Origin: a virus
Length of the DNA stretch: 64,000 nt
Direction: 5' to 3' (one strand)
IMG/VR virus record: IMGVR_UViG_3300033545_000001
Span: 1 to 64,000 of that record
Shown one piece after another: positions 55,199 through 64,000 of this stretch (within the stretch, counting starts at the first letter, position 1; each line of letters begins with the position of its first letter). The translations under genes and the position numbers were made by a program. The notes beneath the pieces were generated by a model. The model ran no database searches. It saw only the letters and a list, made by a program, of their open reading frames with translations, and was not told the DNA's origin.

Positions 55199-56283
55199 TT
55201 ACTGTAGATCAGATGAGATCTACGCTTATGACAGTAGATGAGGCTTACGAGACTTTATCTAAGTCAGAGCCTATAACTGAATATCCTTTGGAGACAGGAA
55301 ATTCTGTATTCTATCTTGATGATGCTTGGAATCATGGCCTAGATGCTAAGGATGGCAATGAGCAAGTAGGTGCTTCAGTGGTCATCGGGGGTCACGAGGT
55401 GCCCATGACGAAGGATGCGATACTTCAAGCAGCCTCTCTGTGCGGCCTCTCGGGGGCTTACGTGAAGAAGACGCCCTCCAAGCTCATTGAGCCCCACCTG
55501 AACTACTGGTACGGCTCTCAGGGGCTTGGTAATCGCCCTGCTAAGATTCTCGTGACCAATGAGGTAGCATCGGCTGTCACTCGTCAGAGTATTAATCCGT
55601 TCAGCAATATAAGACTGCTTGACAGCGTGCTGAATGGTATAAAAGATTCTTTTGGTGATGAAGAAGTATTAGTGGACTCTAAGTTCCATCATTCAGTCAC
55701 AGGAACCCACATGAGGCTGGTACTTCCACAGAGAAGTTTTATCATTAATGACAGCGGGGTGGATGATGACGAGTGGTGTATGGGACTAAGTTTCCATAAT
55801 TCGCTTGTAGGAAAGACTAAGACAAGTTTAGATGGTTATTTATTCCGTTGGTGGTGTTTGAATGGAGCTATCGATACTAAGGCTTCTTCAGGAACTTGGA
55901 CTAGGAGCATAGGACCTTCTGATGAGGATGGTATATACAGTTGGGCTAAAGAGATTGTAGGCAACATTATCAGCCCTCTTGATCAGTCAGCTCATCTCCT
56001 CCAAGAAATGACAAGTCAGTCTATTGAAGGAGATGTTAATCAAATTCTCAGTGATCTTTTTGAGGATTACAGGCTCCCTGCAAGAGACCGTAAGGCTATT
56101 ATTGCTAATATGGTAGAAGAAGATAGTCTTACTATGTATTCTCTTATGCAAGCAGTGACTGAGATAGCCAATGATATGAGTCTTAGTCCTTTAGAACAGG
56201 CAAAGCTTATGCATGTAGGAGGAGACTTAACACACTCTTCTGCACACCGATGCGAGTCTTGCCACAGGATAGAAAAGATGTAA
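55195..56283 (+). CDS. DUF932-like phage protein
   Basis: NS..G.......LFRWWCLNGAI motif. Confidence 0.55.
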   Translation: MITVDQMRSTLMTVDEAYETLSKSEPITEYPLETGNSVFYLDDAWNHGLDAKDGNEQVGASVVIGGHEVPMTKDAILQAASLCGLSGAYVKKTPSKLIEPHLNYWYGSQGLGNRPAKILVTNEVASAVTRQSINPFSNIRLLDSVLNGIKDSFGDEEVLVDSKFHHSVTGTHMRLVLPQRSFIINDSGVDDDEWCMGLSFHNSLVGKTKTSLDGYLFRWWCLNGAIDTKASSGTWTRSIGPSDEDGIYSWAKEIVGNIISPLDQSAHLLQEMTSQSIEGDVNQILSDLFEDYRLPARDRKAIIANMVEEDSLTMYSLMQAVTEIANDMSLSPLEQAKLMHVGGDLTHSSAHRCESCHRIEKM

Positions 56284-56284
56284 T

Positions 56285-56851
56285 ATGAGAAGATACCACA
56301 GGGCTGACTACTCTGGGCAAACATTCGGAGAACTTATGGCTCTTGAAAGAGATTCAGAAAATTCTAAGAAATGGATTTGCGAGTGCAGTTGTGGAAAAGT
56401 TACTTCTGTGTTTGGAGGTAATTTGACTACTGGTAGAACCAAGTCCTGTGGACATCTTCTTGATAGGTATAGAAACAGCTCTCCAGGATATATGGGCTAT
56501 AAAGACATCTCTGGCCGTAAATGGGCCTCCATAAAGGCAGGGGCTGATGCTAGAGGTATAGATTTCATGCTTGATATAGAAGATGCGTGGGATTTATTCA
56601 GGGATCAGGATAGAAAATGCGCCTTGTCAGGACAGCCTCTGAAGTTTGATGAGAAGTCCTACACCAGGGATGGAAATGCTTCTTTGGATAGAATAGACTC
56701 ATCTATGTCATACACTTTAGATAATGTTCAATGGGTAGATAAGGCTATCAATATTAGTAAGTGGGCAATGTCAGATGCTGAGTTCATAGATATGTGCTGC
56801 TTGATAGCCGACTACCAGAGGTCTTGCCACAGGTTGAGCACTGTGGTATAA
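56285..56851 (+). CDS. HNH-type homing endonuclease
   Basis: W.CECSCG, TKSCG, CALSG, SLDRIDSS..Y..DNVQWV. Confidence 0.8.
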   Translation: MRRYHRADYSGQTFGELMALERDSENSKKWICECSCGKVTSVFGGNLTTGRTKSCGHLLDRYRNSSPGYMGYKDISGRKWASIKAGADARGIDFMLDIEDAWDLFRDQDRKCALSGQPLKFDEKSYTRDGNASLDRIDSSMSYTLDNVQWVDKAINISKWAMSDAEFIDMCCLIADYQRSCHRLSTVV

Positions 56852-56877
56852 TGGATTCCTGACATAGACGGTTAACC

Positions 56878-56910
56878 AAAGATCCCACACTGTGTCAGTG
56901 TGGGATCTTT
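56878..56910 (+). terminator. intrinsic terminator
   Basis: AAAGATCCCACACTG-TGT-CAGTGTGGGATCTTT then more Ts. Confidence 0.65.
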
Positions 56911-56923
56911 TTATGGAGTTAAA

Positions 56924-57838
56924 GTGATTAATAGTCTAGACATAAATAACTTTCAATCTCTAAAGTCTGTTCACATAGAGTTAGGTCCCTTGACTGTTAT
57001 TGTGGGGGATTCTAACTGTGGCAAGTCTGCCCTGGTTAGATCTGTACAAGCTTTAGCTAGTAATGTAAGAGGTAACTCTATAGTAACCCATGGGTACAAG
57101 ATTGCTTCTGTGTCAGCTACTACAGATTCAGCTAAAGTCACTTTGGAGAAAGGTGAAGGTCATGGGTCCTACAGAGTAGTTCATGGTGACAGTGAGAAAG
57201 AGTTCACTAAATTAGCTGGAGAAGTTCCAGAAGATGTTTCCAGAGTCTTGGAATTAGATCCTGTTAAAGAGGGTTTATCTCTTAACTTTGCTCCTCAACA
57301 TGAGCCTCCATTTCTTTTGACTTCTTCAGGGTCAGTAGTGGCTAGAACTTTGGGGGATTTGACAAAGGTCAGCACAGTTCTAGAGGCTGTTCGGGAAGCT
57401 AATAGACGCAGAACTTCTACTACCAGTGATTTGAAGTTGCGTAGCAAGGATTTAGACAGTCTTAGCAATGCTCCAGAACTACTCAATAGTTTGAATATTC
57501 GTAAAGATGCTGTTCATGCAGTAGGTAAGCTTATTATTGATATAAAGTTTATAGAATCTGAAATTGCCAAATTGGAAATCATAGCAAATTCTTTAGGCAA
57601 GTTGGATATTGAAGTACCATGTATTTATGACATATCTGAATTGGTTAAAGCTTACGAAGATTTCAGTACTCTGTATAAAAGCTTAGAGAGACTACGTGAA
57701 CTGACTATAGAAGTCACAGCTTGCGAAAGATTTTACGACAGTTGGACAGAGAGATCAGAAGTATTGGATAGAGAATTTCACGAAGCGCTAGAAGAGATAG
57801 GGGAATGTCCAATATGCGGTCAGAAGATTTCGAAGTGA
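56924..57838 (+). CDS. SbcC/Rad50-like ATPase, N-terminal half
   Basis: NFQSL, Walker A GDSNCGKS, Q-loop, coiled coil ending at CPICG hook; no Walker B. Confidence 0.85.
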   Translation: MINSLDINNFQSLKSVHIELGPLTVIVGDSNCGKSALVRSVQALASNVRGNSIVTHGYKIASVSATTDSAKVTLEKGEGHGSYRVVHGDSEKEFTKLAGEVPEDVSRVLELDPVKEGLSLNFAPQHEPPFLLTSSGSVVARTLGDLTKVSTVLEAVREANRRRTSTTSDLKLRSKDLDSLSNAPELLNSLNIRKDAVHAVGKLIIDIKFIESEIAKLEIIANSLGKLDIEVPCIYDISELVKAYEDFSTLYKSLERLRELTIEVTACERFYDSWTERSEVLDREFHEALEEIGECPICGQKISK

Positions 57839-58188
57839 AAGATATTAGACCTAAAGGAATGTATGGAAGTGGTATGGTCCGAGAAGATGAAGGCGATAGA
57901 CCTAGATTCGATCTTCTCGTGATTGAAGATATGCCATATGAGCATCAACCTCTTACAAGATGGGCAGCTCTCCTAGCTAAGGGCGCTAAGAAGTACAGTG
58001 CTAGAAACTGGGAGAAGGCTAATAGTCCAGAGGAGTTGGAAAGATTCAAGTCTAGTGCTTTTAGACATTTCATGCAGTGGATGGCTGATGAAAAGGATGA
58101 AGATCATCTTACTATGGCATGGTTTAATATGATGGCTGCTGACTGCACGGAATGGAAGCTTAATGACAAACTACCTTCTGATAAGTGA
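57805..58188 (+). CDS. dATP/dGTP diphosphohydrolase-like (DUF5664) protein
   Basis: RPRFDL...GAKKYSARNWEK...SAFRH...EDHL. Confidence 0.7.
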   Translation: MSNMRSEDFEVKDIRPKGMYGSGMVREDEGDRPRFDLLVIEDMPYEHQPLTRWAALLAKGAKKYSARNWEKANSPEELERFKSSAFRHFMQWMADEKDEDHLTMAWFNMMAADCTEWKLNDKLPSDK

Positions 58189-59119
58189 TATTCATCTAGC
58201 AGATCATCCTCCAGCTTCCCGCAAAGAAGGCTACCTTGATGAGATTGTAAACTTGTTGTGGGACACAGTCAGGGTCGCTAAGCAGTATAACGCAGTGGCA
58301 GTATGGGCTGGGGACGTCTTTCATATCAAAACACCATCTCGTAATAGCCATGAGATGGTGGGATATGCGGTAGATATTGCTAAGTTGTATCCAAATGGTT
58401 TGTATATTGTACCAGGTAATCATGATCTAACTCACGATAGATTGGATTCCATATATTCTCAGCCTTTAGGTCAGTTATTTAAGCATGGTAGCATTACCAT
58501 GTTAACTGGCAAGCAGGCAATGGAAGATGGGTACAATATTTATGGCGTTCCATGGCTACAAAGATTTACAGATGAAGCAGTATACAAAGCTCTAGAGGGT
58601 TATAGAGACGAGCAGTGGGCCTTTGATGAGCATTCTTTGGTAGTTACACATGCTCCTATGTATCCTCCAGGCCGCGAGCTTAAATACGAATTTTATGATA
58701 CTCATAAATGGGCTTCTTGCATGGGTAACAGGGGCAGCGTATTCTATGGTCATGTGCACAATCCCCATGGAGTTTACGAGGTAGATGGCGTTAAATTCTG
58801 CAATAATGGAGCTCTCTCTAGGGGATCTTTGGATGAGAGTAATCTTACCCGAGAAGTTGTGGCTACTGTATGGTCTGATATCAATGGAGAGTTTTATAAA
58901 GTTCCTCTAAACTTCATTGATGCTAAAGATATATTCAGAATGGAAGTCAAGAGTACCCGAGAAGCTCAAGTCAAATTGGACGATTTCTTGGAATCTATTG
59001 GACAGACTTCTCTGGCAATTACTACTTCATCAGCAGTTATGGACCATATCAGATCACTAGGCTTGGGATCAGAAGTGGAAGTACTGATCCAGGAGCTTCT
59101 TGACAGCTGTGAAGTTTGA
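58163..59119 (+). CDS. SbcD/Mre11-like nuclease
   Basis: SDIH, AGDVF, PGNHD, THA, YGHVH, NGALSR. Confidence 0.88.
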   Translation: MTNYLLISDIHLADHPPASRKEGYLDEIVNLLWDTVRVAKQYNAVAVWAGDVFHIKTPSRNSHEMVGYAVDIAKLYPNGLYIVPGNHDLTHDRLDSIYSQPLGQLFKHGSITMLTGKQAMEDGYNIYGVPWLQRFTDEAVYKALEGYRDEQWAFDEHSLVVTHAPMYPPGRELKYEFYDTHKWASCMGNRGSVFYGHVHNPHGVYEVDGVKFCNNGALSRGSLDESNLTREVVATVWSDINGEFYKVPLNFIDAKDIFRMEVKSTREAQVKLDDFLESIGQTSLAITTSSAVMDHIRSLGLGSEVEVLIQELLDSCEV

Positions 59120-59152
59120 TGCTAGACTGGTCTCCTACCAAGGAGAGACAAC

Positions 59153-59653
59153 ATGCATCTGCCCCCAACGGGTAAGAAATTCAATGAGTTGATAGTTTGT
59201 GATTTAGATGGAACACTAGCAGATAACAGGCATAGGAAGCACTTAGTGCCAGAACAAGGAGAACTCAGAGATTGGACCCCCTACTCAAAGGCTTGTGTGG
59301 ATGACACTCCCATCAATGGAGTGATATCTTTGATTAACATGTTATGGAATCACTATGGCATATTTTTACTGAGTAATCGTGAATCATCTGCTATGGATGA
59401 GACCCGTTGGTGGCTGTCCAGGCATAAAGTTATGTATGATTTTATTCAGTTAAGAGAGCCTGGGGATGTTGAGGGCAGCTCTGAGTACAAAGTAAAGGCT
59501 ATTGACAGTCTTAGAGATGATGGATATACAGTTAATCTTCTCATAGACGACCTGCCTGCTACTTTTACTCAAGTAAGTGCTGCTGGGACGCCTGTAGTGT
59601 GTGTTAATCCTCTATATTCTGATATTAGTGTACCAGGAAAGATTCTCAAATGA
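59153..59653 (+). CDS. HAD-family phosphatase (PNK phosphatase-like)
   Basis: DLDGTLAD..HR, LS.R, IDD. Confidence 0.8.
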   Translation: MHLPPTGKKFNELIVCDLDGTLADNRHRKHLVPEQGELRDWTPYSKACVDDTPINGVISLINMLWNHYGIFLLSNRESSAMDETRWWLSRHKVMYDFIQLREPGDVEGSSEYKVKAIDSLRDDGYTVNLLIDDLPATFTQVSAAGTPVVCVNPLYSDISVPGKILK

Positions 59654-60477
59654 GTGAAGAGAAAATGCTTTCAGTGTCTTGGAGCAGACTGAAGACTTGG
59701 GAGCATTGCAAGCAGAAGGCGTGGCTTCAAAGCGGAGGATTCAAAAGTCCTACTGCCAATACCAGGGTATTTTTCAGGGGTACTGTAACTGACCGAATTC
59801 TTAGAACTTGGCTTCAGGATGAGAATAGGCAATCAGAGCAAATGCCCAGCATGGTTGAAGAGTACATAGAGCTCTGTGAGCAGGAGCACAAAGACCAAGG
59901 GACTGGTATTGTACGTTGGAAATCTCCAACAGACAAGCAGGAATCTGTAGAGTGGTGCAAAGATCTTCTTACTAATATAGAGCCAATTGTACAAGAGTTG
60001 GTAGTACCTTATCTGCCTGATGTGTATGCTGATAAGCATCTGAAAGCAAAGATTACTATTCCTGATCGTGAAGGTAATCCCAAGGAAATTCTCATGACAG
60101 GAATTCTTGACATTCTTATAGATTCTCCAGAATTCCTCGCAGTGTACGATTTGAAGGCTACAGCTGACGAATCATATTGGAAGAAGACTATCATGCAGTT
60201 GGTTTTCTATACTATTATGTTAGAAGCTTCTGGTTATAAGTCTCCTGACGCTACTGCCCTTATTCAGCCTATGTGCAAAGAGCAGATTAAGTATATTGAT
60301 ATTACTGATCAACACAGAATGGCTCTTATGCAGAAAATTGTTGCTTATGCACACAGTGTTTGGGCAGCTGATTTCTCCCCAAAAGAGAGTGACGCAGGCT
60401 GTTTGAACTGGTGCGAAATGGCTCATGCCTGTGTCAAATTTAAGAAGAATGAGAGCGGGCGACTGAATTGGGTATAG
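59650..60477 (+). CDS. PD-(D/E)XK Cas4/RecB-like exonuclease
   Basis: SWSRL..W..C, GILD.....YDLK, Q..FY, C..WC.....C. Confidence 0.8.
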   Translation: MSEEKMLSVSWSRLKTWEHCKQKAWLQSGGFKSPTANTRVFFRGTVTDRILRTWLQDENRQSEQMPSMVEEYIELCEQEHKDQGTGIVRWKSPTDKQESVEWCKDLLTNIEPIVQELVVPYLPDVYADKHLKAKITIPDREGNPKEILMTGILDILIDSPEFLAVYDLKATADESYWKKTIMQLVFYTIMLEASGYKSPDATALIQPMCKEQIKYIDITDQHRMALMQKIVAYAHSVWAADFSPKESDAGCLNWCEMAHACVKFKKNESGRLNWV

Positions 60478-60707
60478 AGTCCAGAGTTCAAAGTCTGAAG
60501 AATCAGCATGCTCAGGCACTTGATAAGAAGTACAAGGCGGAGGCTCACAAGGATGCTGCTGAGGCAGCTAAAAATGAGGCTCTGAGCCTGCTGAAGGAGA
60601 CTTGGGGCATTGATACCTTGGATGAGGCTAGAACTCTCATAAGGGAAAAGCATCGGGCTCTAGAGGCCCTTCTAGAGGAAGCGGAGGCGCAACTGAAGAA
60701 TGCCTGA
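60468..60707 (+). CDS. small coiled-coil protein
   Basis: All-helical 79 aa, translationally coupled on both sides. Confidence 0.6.
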   Translation: MGIESRVQSLKNQHAQALDKKYKAEAHKDAAEAAKNEALSLLKETWGIDTLDEARTLIREKHRALEALLEEAEAQLKNA

Positions 60708-61812
60708 AATTCATGTACCTAAGCAAGTGCTAAAGTCTATTGTAGAAAGAGTTTCTGGGGCAGTTGCTACTTCAGGTGGAAATGTGGCTCTTCAGTGTTT
60801 TCATTTCAATGTGACTCCCCAGGCTATTACTGTCACAGCGTCAGATCAATCTAATACTCTGATGGTGACAGAGCCTGGGGGGTTCGACTCCTCATTCGAA
60901 TTCATGGCTTTGGCATCTAAATTCAAGCCAATTGTCAGACAGGCAGCAGACGGGCTCATACAGCTTGGAGTGTCTAACAATACTTTGACAGTAGTAGCTG
61001 GAAATACAGCCTGGGATATTAGGATGCCCGCAGTTACATATCCTAAGATATCCAAGTCTTCTGAAGTAGGATGTGAAATTTCCGTACCAGTACTTCGTGA
61101 AGCTATAAAGGCTACACGCAAGTCTATAGCAGAAGATCCCCTAAGGCCATCATTAAGAATGCTGTCTATTAGAAAAGGTTATATGACAGCTTGTGACGGT
61201 TCTAGATTATCTCAGATATCTTTGGGAGAAGACTTTCCGAAGGATTTCACTACTTCAGTGCCGTTAAATTCTGTAGCTCTGTTGGCAGAGTTGGTTAAGG
61301 ATAATGAATTTGATGTTGTGAAGATGTCTACTATAGACAGTCACAACATATTTGAAGTTGGCAATATAAAGCTATTTGCAAAGAAGTTAACTAACGATTT
61401 CCCCAATGTAGAGCAGTTAATGCTTCGTCCAGCTCTTGAGAATAAGCAAGAGCTGCTAGTAGATAGATTAGAGCTTATCAAGGCTATTGACAGAGTTCGT
61501 ATCAATGCAGATATAGAGACTGACGCCATGGGACTTTCTCTATCTGCGAAGAGTATTGCTGTGGCTTCTAGAGATAAAGATGGAAACAGTAGCACTGAGA
61601 TTATTCCTTCTAGTTGGATGGGCAAGGATAGAGTTTTAGTAGTTAATCATAAGTATTTGACAGCTTTAGTACGAGGAATATCTTCAGACGAGTGTCACTT
61701 CATGCTGGGGGAAGATACTAAGTCTAGAAAATCAGTACTTCTACTTAAAGATGAAGAGAGAGGCTTCAATGGGGTCATTCCACAGTTCTCAGGAACTGTC
61801 AAGATATTTTGA
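60700..61812 (+). CDS. dnaN: DNA polymerase III beta sliding clamp
   Basis: 370 aa; TASD, RPSL, ACDGSRL, FPNV..L, N.KYL motifs of the three-domain beta clamp. Confidence 0.85.
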   Translation: MPEIHVPKQVLKSIVERVSGAVATSGGNVALQCFHFNVTPQAITVTASDQSNTLMVTEPGGFDSSFEFMALASKFKPIVRQAADGLIQLGVSNNTLTVVAGNTAWDIRMPAVTYPKISKSSEVGCEISVPVLREAIKATRKSIAEDPLRPSLRMLSIRKGYMTACDGSRLSQISLGEDFPKDFTTSVPLNSVALLAELVKDNEFDVVKMSTIDSHNIFEVGNIKLFAKKLTNDFPNVEQLMLRPALENKQELLVDRLELIKAIDRVRINADIETDAMGLSLSAKSIAVASRDKDGNSSTEIIPSSWMGKDRVLVVNHKYLTALVRGISSDECHFMLGEDTKSRKSVLLLKDEERGFNGVIPQFSGTVKIF

Positions 61813-62428
61813 TGATAAGAAGAATAAACTAGCTCAAGATATTGGAGCTGCTAAAGTAGTCATAGAACGCAAAGCTGAGTTGGATAAAGAAGTAGTTCAT
61901 CTCACTGAACTTGTTGCTATTTTAGAAAAAGCTGCTGGCGTTCTAGCTAAGATTGGCGAAGAACGCCAGCAGGAAGCTCAGAATCAGATAGAATCTTTAG
62001 TAACCCAAGGATTACAGAAGATATTCGGAGACCATTTAGCATTTAAAGTAGTTCAGTCAGTCAAAGGTAGGACTCCAGTAGTAGAGTTTGTTATTCAGAC
62101 AACTTTGACAGATGGTAAGATTCGTGAAACTGATATTCTCAGCGCCATGGGCGGAGGAGTGTCAGCTGTAACAGGATTCCTGCTTAGACTTGTAGTACTG
62201 CTTCTTGACAAATCTAGGAAAAGCTCTATACTGGTACTAGATGAGACCTTCGCACATGTGTCTGATGCTTACCTGCCAGCTCTGTCAGAGTTTCTTAGGG
62301 AAGTGGTAGACAAAGCGCAGGTCCAGATTATAATGGTAACTCATCAGCATATATTCTCAGAAGTTGCAGATAAGGCTTATAGGTTCTCTCTAGACTCTAA
62401 TGGCTTTACTGTAGCTAGACCTTTGTAG
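61751..62428 (+). CDS. SbcC/Rad50-like ATPase, C-terminal half
   Basis: Coiled coil, signature-like MGGG, Walker B LVLDETFAHV, H-loop VTH; start codon uncertain. Confidence 0.85.
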   Translation: MKREASMGSFHSSQELSRYFDDKKNKLAQDIGAAKVVIERKAELDKEVVHLTELVAILEKAAGVLAKIGEERQQEAQNQIESLVTQGLQKIFGDHLAFKVVQSVKGRTPVVEFVIQTTLTDGKIRETDILSAMGGGVSAVTGFLLRLVVLLLDKSRKSSILVLDETFAHVSDAYLPALSEFLREVVDKAQVQIIMVTHQHIFSEVADKAYRFSLDSNGFTVARPL

Positions 62429-62459
62429 GTCGATTGTTTTAGTCTAGGGAAGAGGTTAA

Positions 62460-64000
62460 ATGGACAGTTCGCTAGCATTGAAGTATCGTCCCAAGACATT
62501 TGATGGAGTTGTAGGGCAAAAGGCTGTATCTCAATTACTCAAACTCATGGTTAGCAAGGGAGCAGTTCCCCAAACCATTCTTTTGACAGGCCCAAAAGGA
62601 TCTGGTAAGACGAGTACTGCTAGAGTACTGGGAGCTGCTCTTAATTGCGATTTTGAAGATGATTCCCCGTGTGGGAAATGTCCTTCCTGTGAGGCCGTGT
62701 TCGATGGCTCGTCTCTTGACTACCGAGAGATAGACGCGTCCACTAACGGCCTTGTAGGGGACATTAGAAGGCTCCAGGAGGAGCTTCTGTACCAGACTCC
62801 AGGCAAGTGTCAGGTAGTCGTCCTGGACGAAGCTATGTCTCTGGATACTCCCTTACCTACTCCCTATGGTTGGACTTCCATGGGAGAAGTCCAAGAGGGG
62901 GATGAGGTACTAGGAGCAAATGGGCTTCCTGTTAAGGTTCTAAGAAAGACAGAAGTATTTTATGGTAAAGATTGCTACTTAGTGACACTTCAGGATGGCT
63001 CAAGTGTAACAGTTAGTGGTAATCATCTGTGGAAGGTACGGAGACAGTGGGGTGCTCCTGAAGTTAGAACTACGGAAGACTTAGCCAAGTACAAAACTCG
63101 GCTCCAGGTTCCAAGGGCACAGCCGTGGGTATTACCAGAGAAGCACTTAACAGTACCCCCATACTTGCTAGGGCTGTGGCTAGGAGATGGTGACTCAAAT
63201 GCCGCACACATTTCAGGTTTGTTGGAAGACGTACTATTTTACCAGACGGTATTAAATACTTTGGGTATTGAGACTAAGTTACTTAGGACACAGGAAGGGA
63301 AAGCTTCTAGACTAAGTTTTGCAGGCCCTAATGGAACGGGGCAAGTAAGGCGCCAAATAAGGACAGAGAAAGGGAAGCAAAGATACGGAAAGCCAATAGG
63401 CTACGCATATCCTCTGCGCGACAAGGCTGGCGATAGTCAGTCTGCTGCGCTGAGAAGCCTACCCTGCTATGGGAATAAGCACATACCTGAAGAGTATTTA
63501 CGAGGAAGTTACAGTCAGCGCGTAGAGCTACTCCAGGGGCTTATGGATTCCGATGGGTATGTAGGCAAAGACAGGCACTGCACTTATGTTGGTAATGATG
63601 ACCTTACCCTAGGCGTGATGGAACTGCTGGTGAGTCTAGGTCAGACGTGCACAAGGCGATGGGTTCAAGATGACAGGAGTCTACTAGGAGGCTACTTCAA
63701 GGTAGAGTTTTCTACAAGGAATGGTTTAGTTCCAGTAAAGCTTCCTAGAAAGGTAGTCAGGGTAGGGGACACTACAGATTGCTCAGAGTGGGTTAGCATA
63801 AAGTCCATAGAGCGCATAGAGTCTGTACCGGTGCAGTGCCTAGAGGTCGATAGCGAGGACCACCTTTTCCTGGCAGGATTATCAGGCACCGTAACACACA
63901 ACTGTCACGGCCTTAGCTCGGCTGCTGCCAATGCTCTTCTGAAGACACTGGAGGAAGCTCCTGAAGGAGTTGTTTTCGTTCTTGTGAGTACTGAGCCTGA
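62460..64000 (+). CDS. dnaX: clamp loader gamma/tau (DnaX) with intein, truncated by the window end
   Basis: LALKYRPKTF..VVGQ, GPKGSGKTSTAR, C...PCGKCPSC, EIDAS, VVLDE|intein|CHGLSSAAANALLKTLEE; absent from the ORF track because no stop codon falls in the window. Confidence 0.92.
   Translation, partial: MDSSLALKYRPKTFDGVVGQKAVSQLLKLMVSKGAVPQTILLTGPKGSGKTSTARVLGAALNCDFEDDSPCGKCPSCEAVFDGSSLDYREIDASTNGLVGDIRRLQEELLYQTPGKCQVVVLDEAMSLDTPLPTPYGWTSMGEVQEGDEVLGANGLPVKVLRKTEVFYGKDCYLVTLQDGSSVTVSGNHLWKVRRQWGAPEVRTTEDLAKYKTRLQVPRAQPWVLPEKHLTVPPYLLGLWLGDGDSNAAHISGLLEDVLFYQTVLNTLGIETKLLRTQEGKASRLSFAGPNGTGQVRRQIRTEKGKQRYGKPIGYAYPLRDKAGDSQSAALRSLPCYGNKHIPEEYLRGSYSQRVELLQGLMDSDGYVGKDRHCTYVGNDDLTLGVMELLVSLGQTCTRRWVQDDRSLLGGYFKVEFSTRNGLVPVKLPRKVVRVGDTTDCSEWVSIKSIERIESVPVQCLEVDSEDHLFLAGLSGTVTHNCHGLSSAAANALLKTLEEAPEGVVFVLVSTEP
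62832..63902 (+). mobile_element. class-3-type intein with LAGLIDADG homing endonuclease
   Basis: Starts AMSLDTPLPTPYGW; NHLW; LGLWLGDG and LQGLMDSDG; ends VQCLEV...THN/C; 357 codons in frame. Confidence 0.88.

Noticed and set aside
57805-58188. Z-base or other modified-DNA pathway
   Set aside because: No purZ, datZ or queuosine-pathway genes in the window; a DUF5664-like protein alone is not diagnostic
1-64000. Stop-codon recoding or a retron/DGR system
   Set aside because: Core genes are intact under the standard code, the tRNA is a sense Gln decoder, and no reverse transcriptase is visible

Overview
This window is part of a large, apparently lytic tailed-phage genome, most likely from an actinobacterial host (Rpf/LysM gene, class-3-type intein, DUF3631-like ATPase, housekeeping-sigma-type TTGACA-N17-TANNNT promoters). 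No integrase, repressor or capsid/tail genes are visible. About 1-32.3 kb is an accessory arm of small, mostly minus-strand ORFs with many paralog families and closely spaced promoters. About 32.3-33.5 kb is a repeat-rich, largely non-coding strand-switch region. About 33.5-64 kb is mostly plus-strand and holds an RNA ligase + PNK operon (minus strand), a sigma factor, DnaB, an Rpf, tRNA-Gln(CTG), and a replication/recombination module: PolA, beta clamp, delta/delta'/DnaX clamp loader with an intein, SSB, RuvC, RecA, split Rad50 + Mre11, and a Cas4-like nuclease. The strongest novelty candidate is an unannotated ~170-215 nt structured element with covarying stems. It occurs in two diverged copies (17675-17840 plus; 38999-39212 minus), and the second copy is the 5' leader of the RNA ligase-PNK operon. 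All family assignments come from motif recognition by eye; no database searches or folding programs were run.
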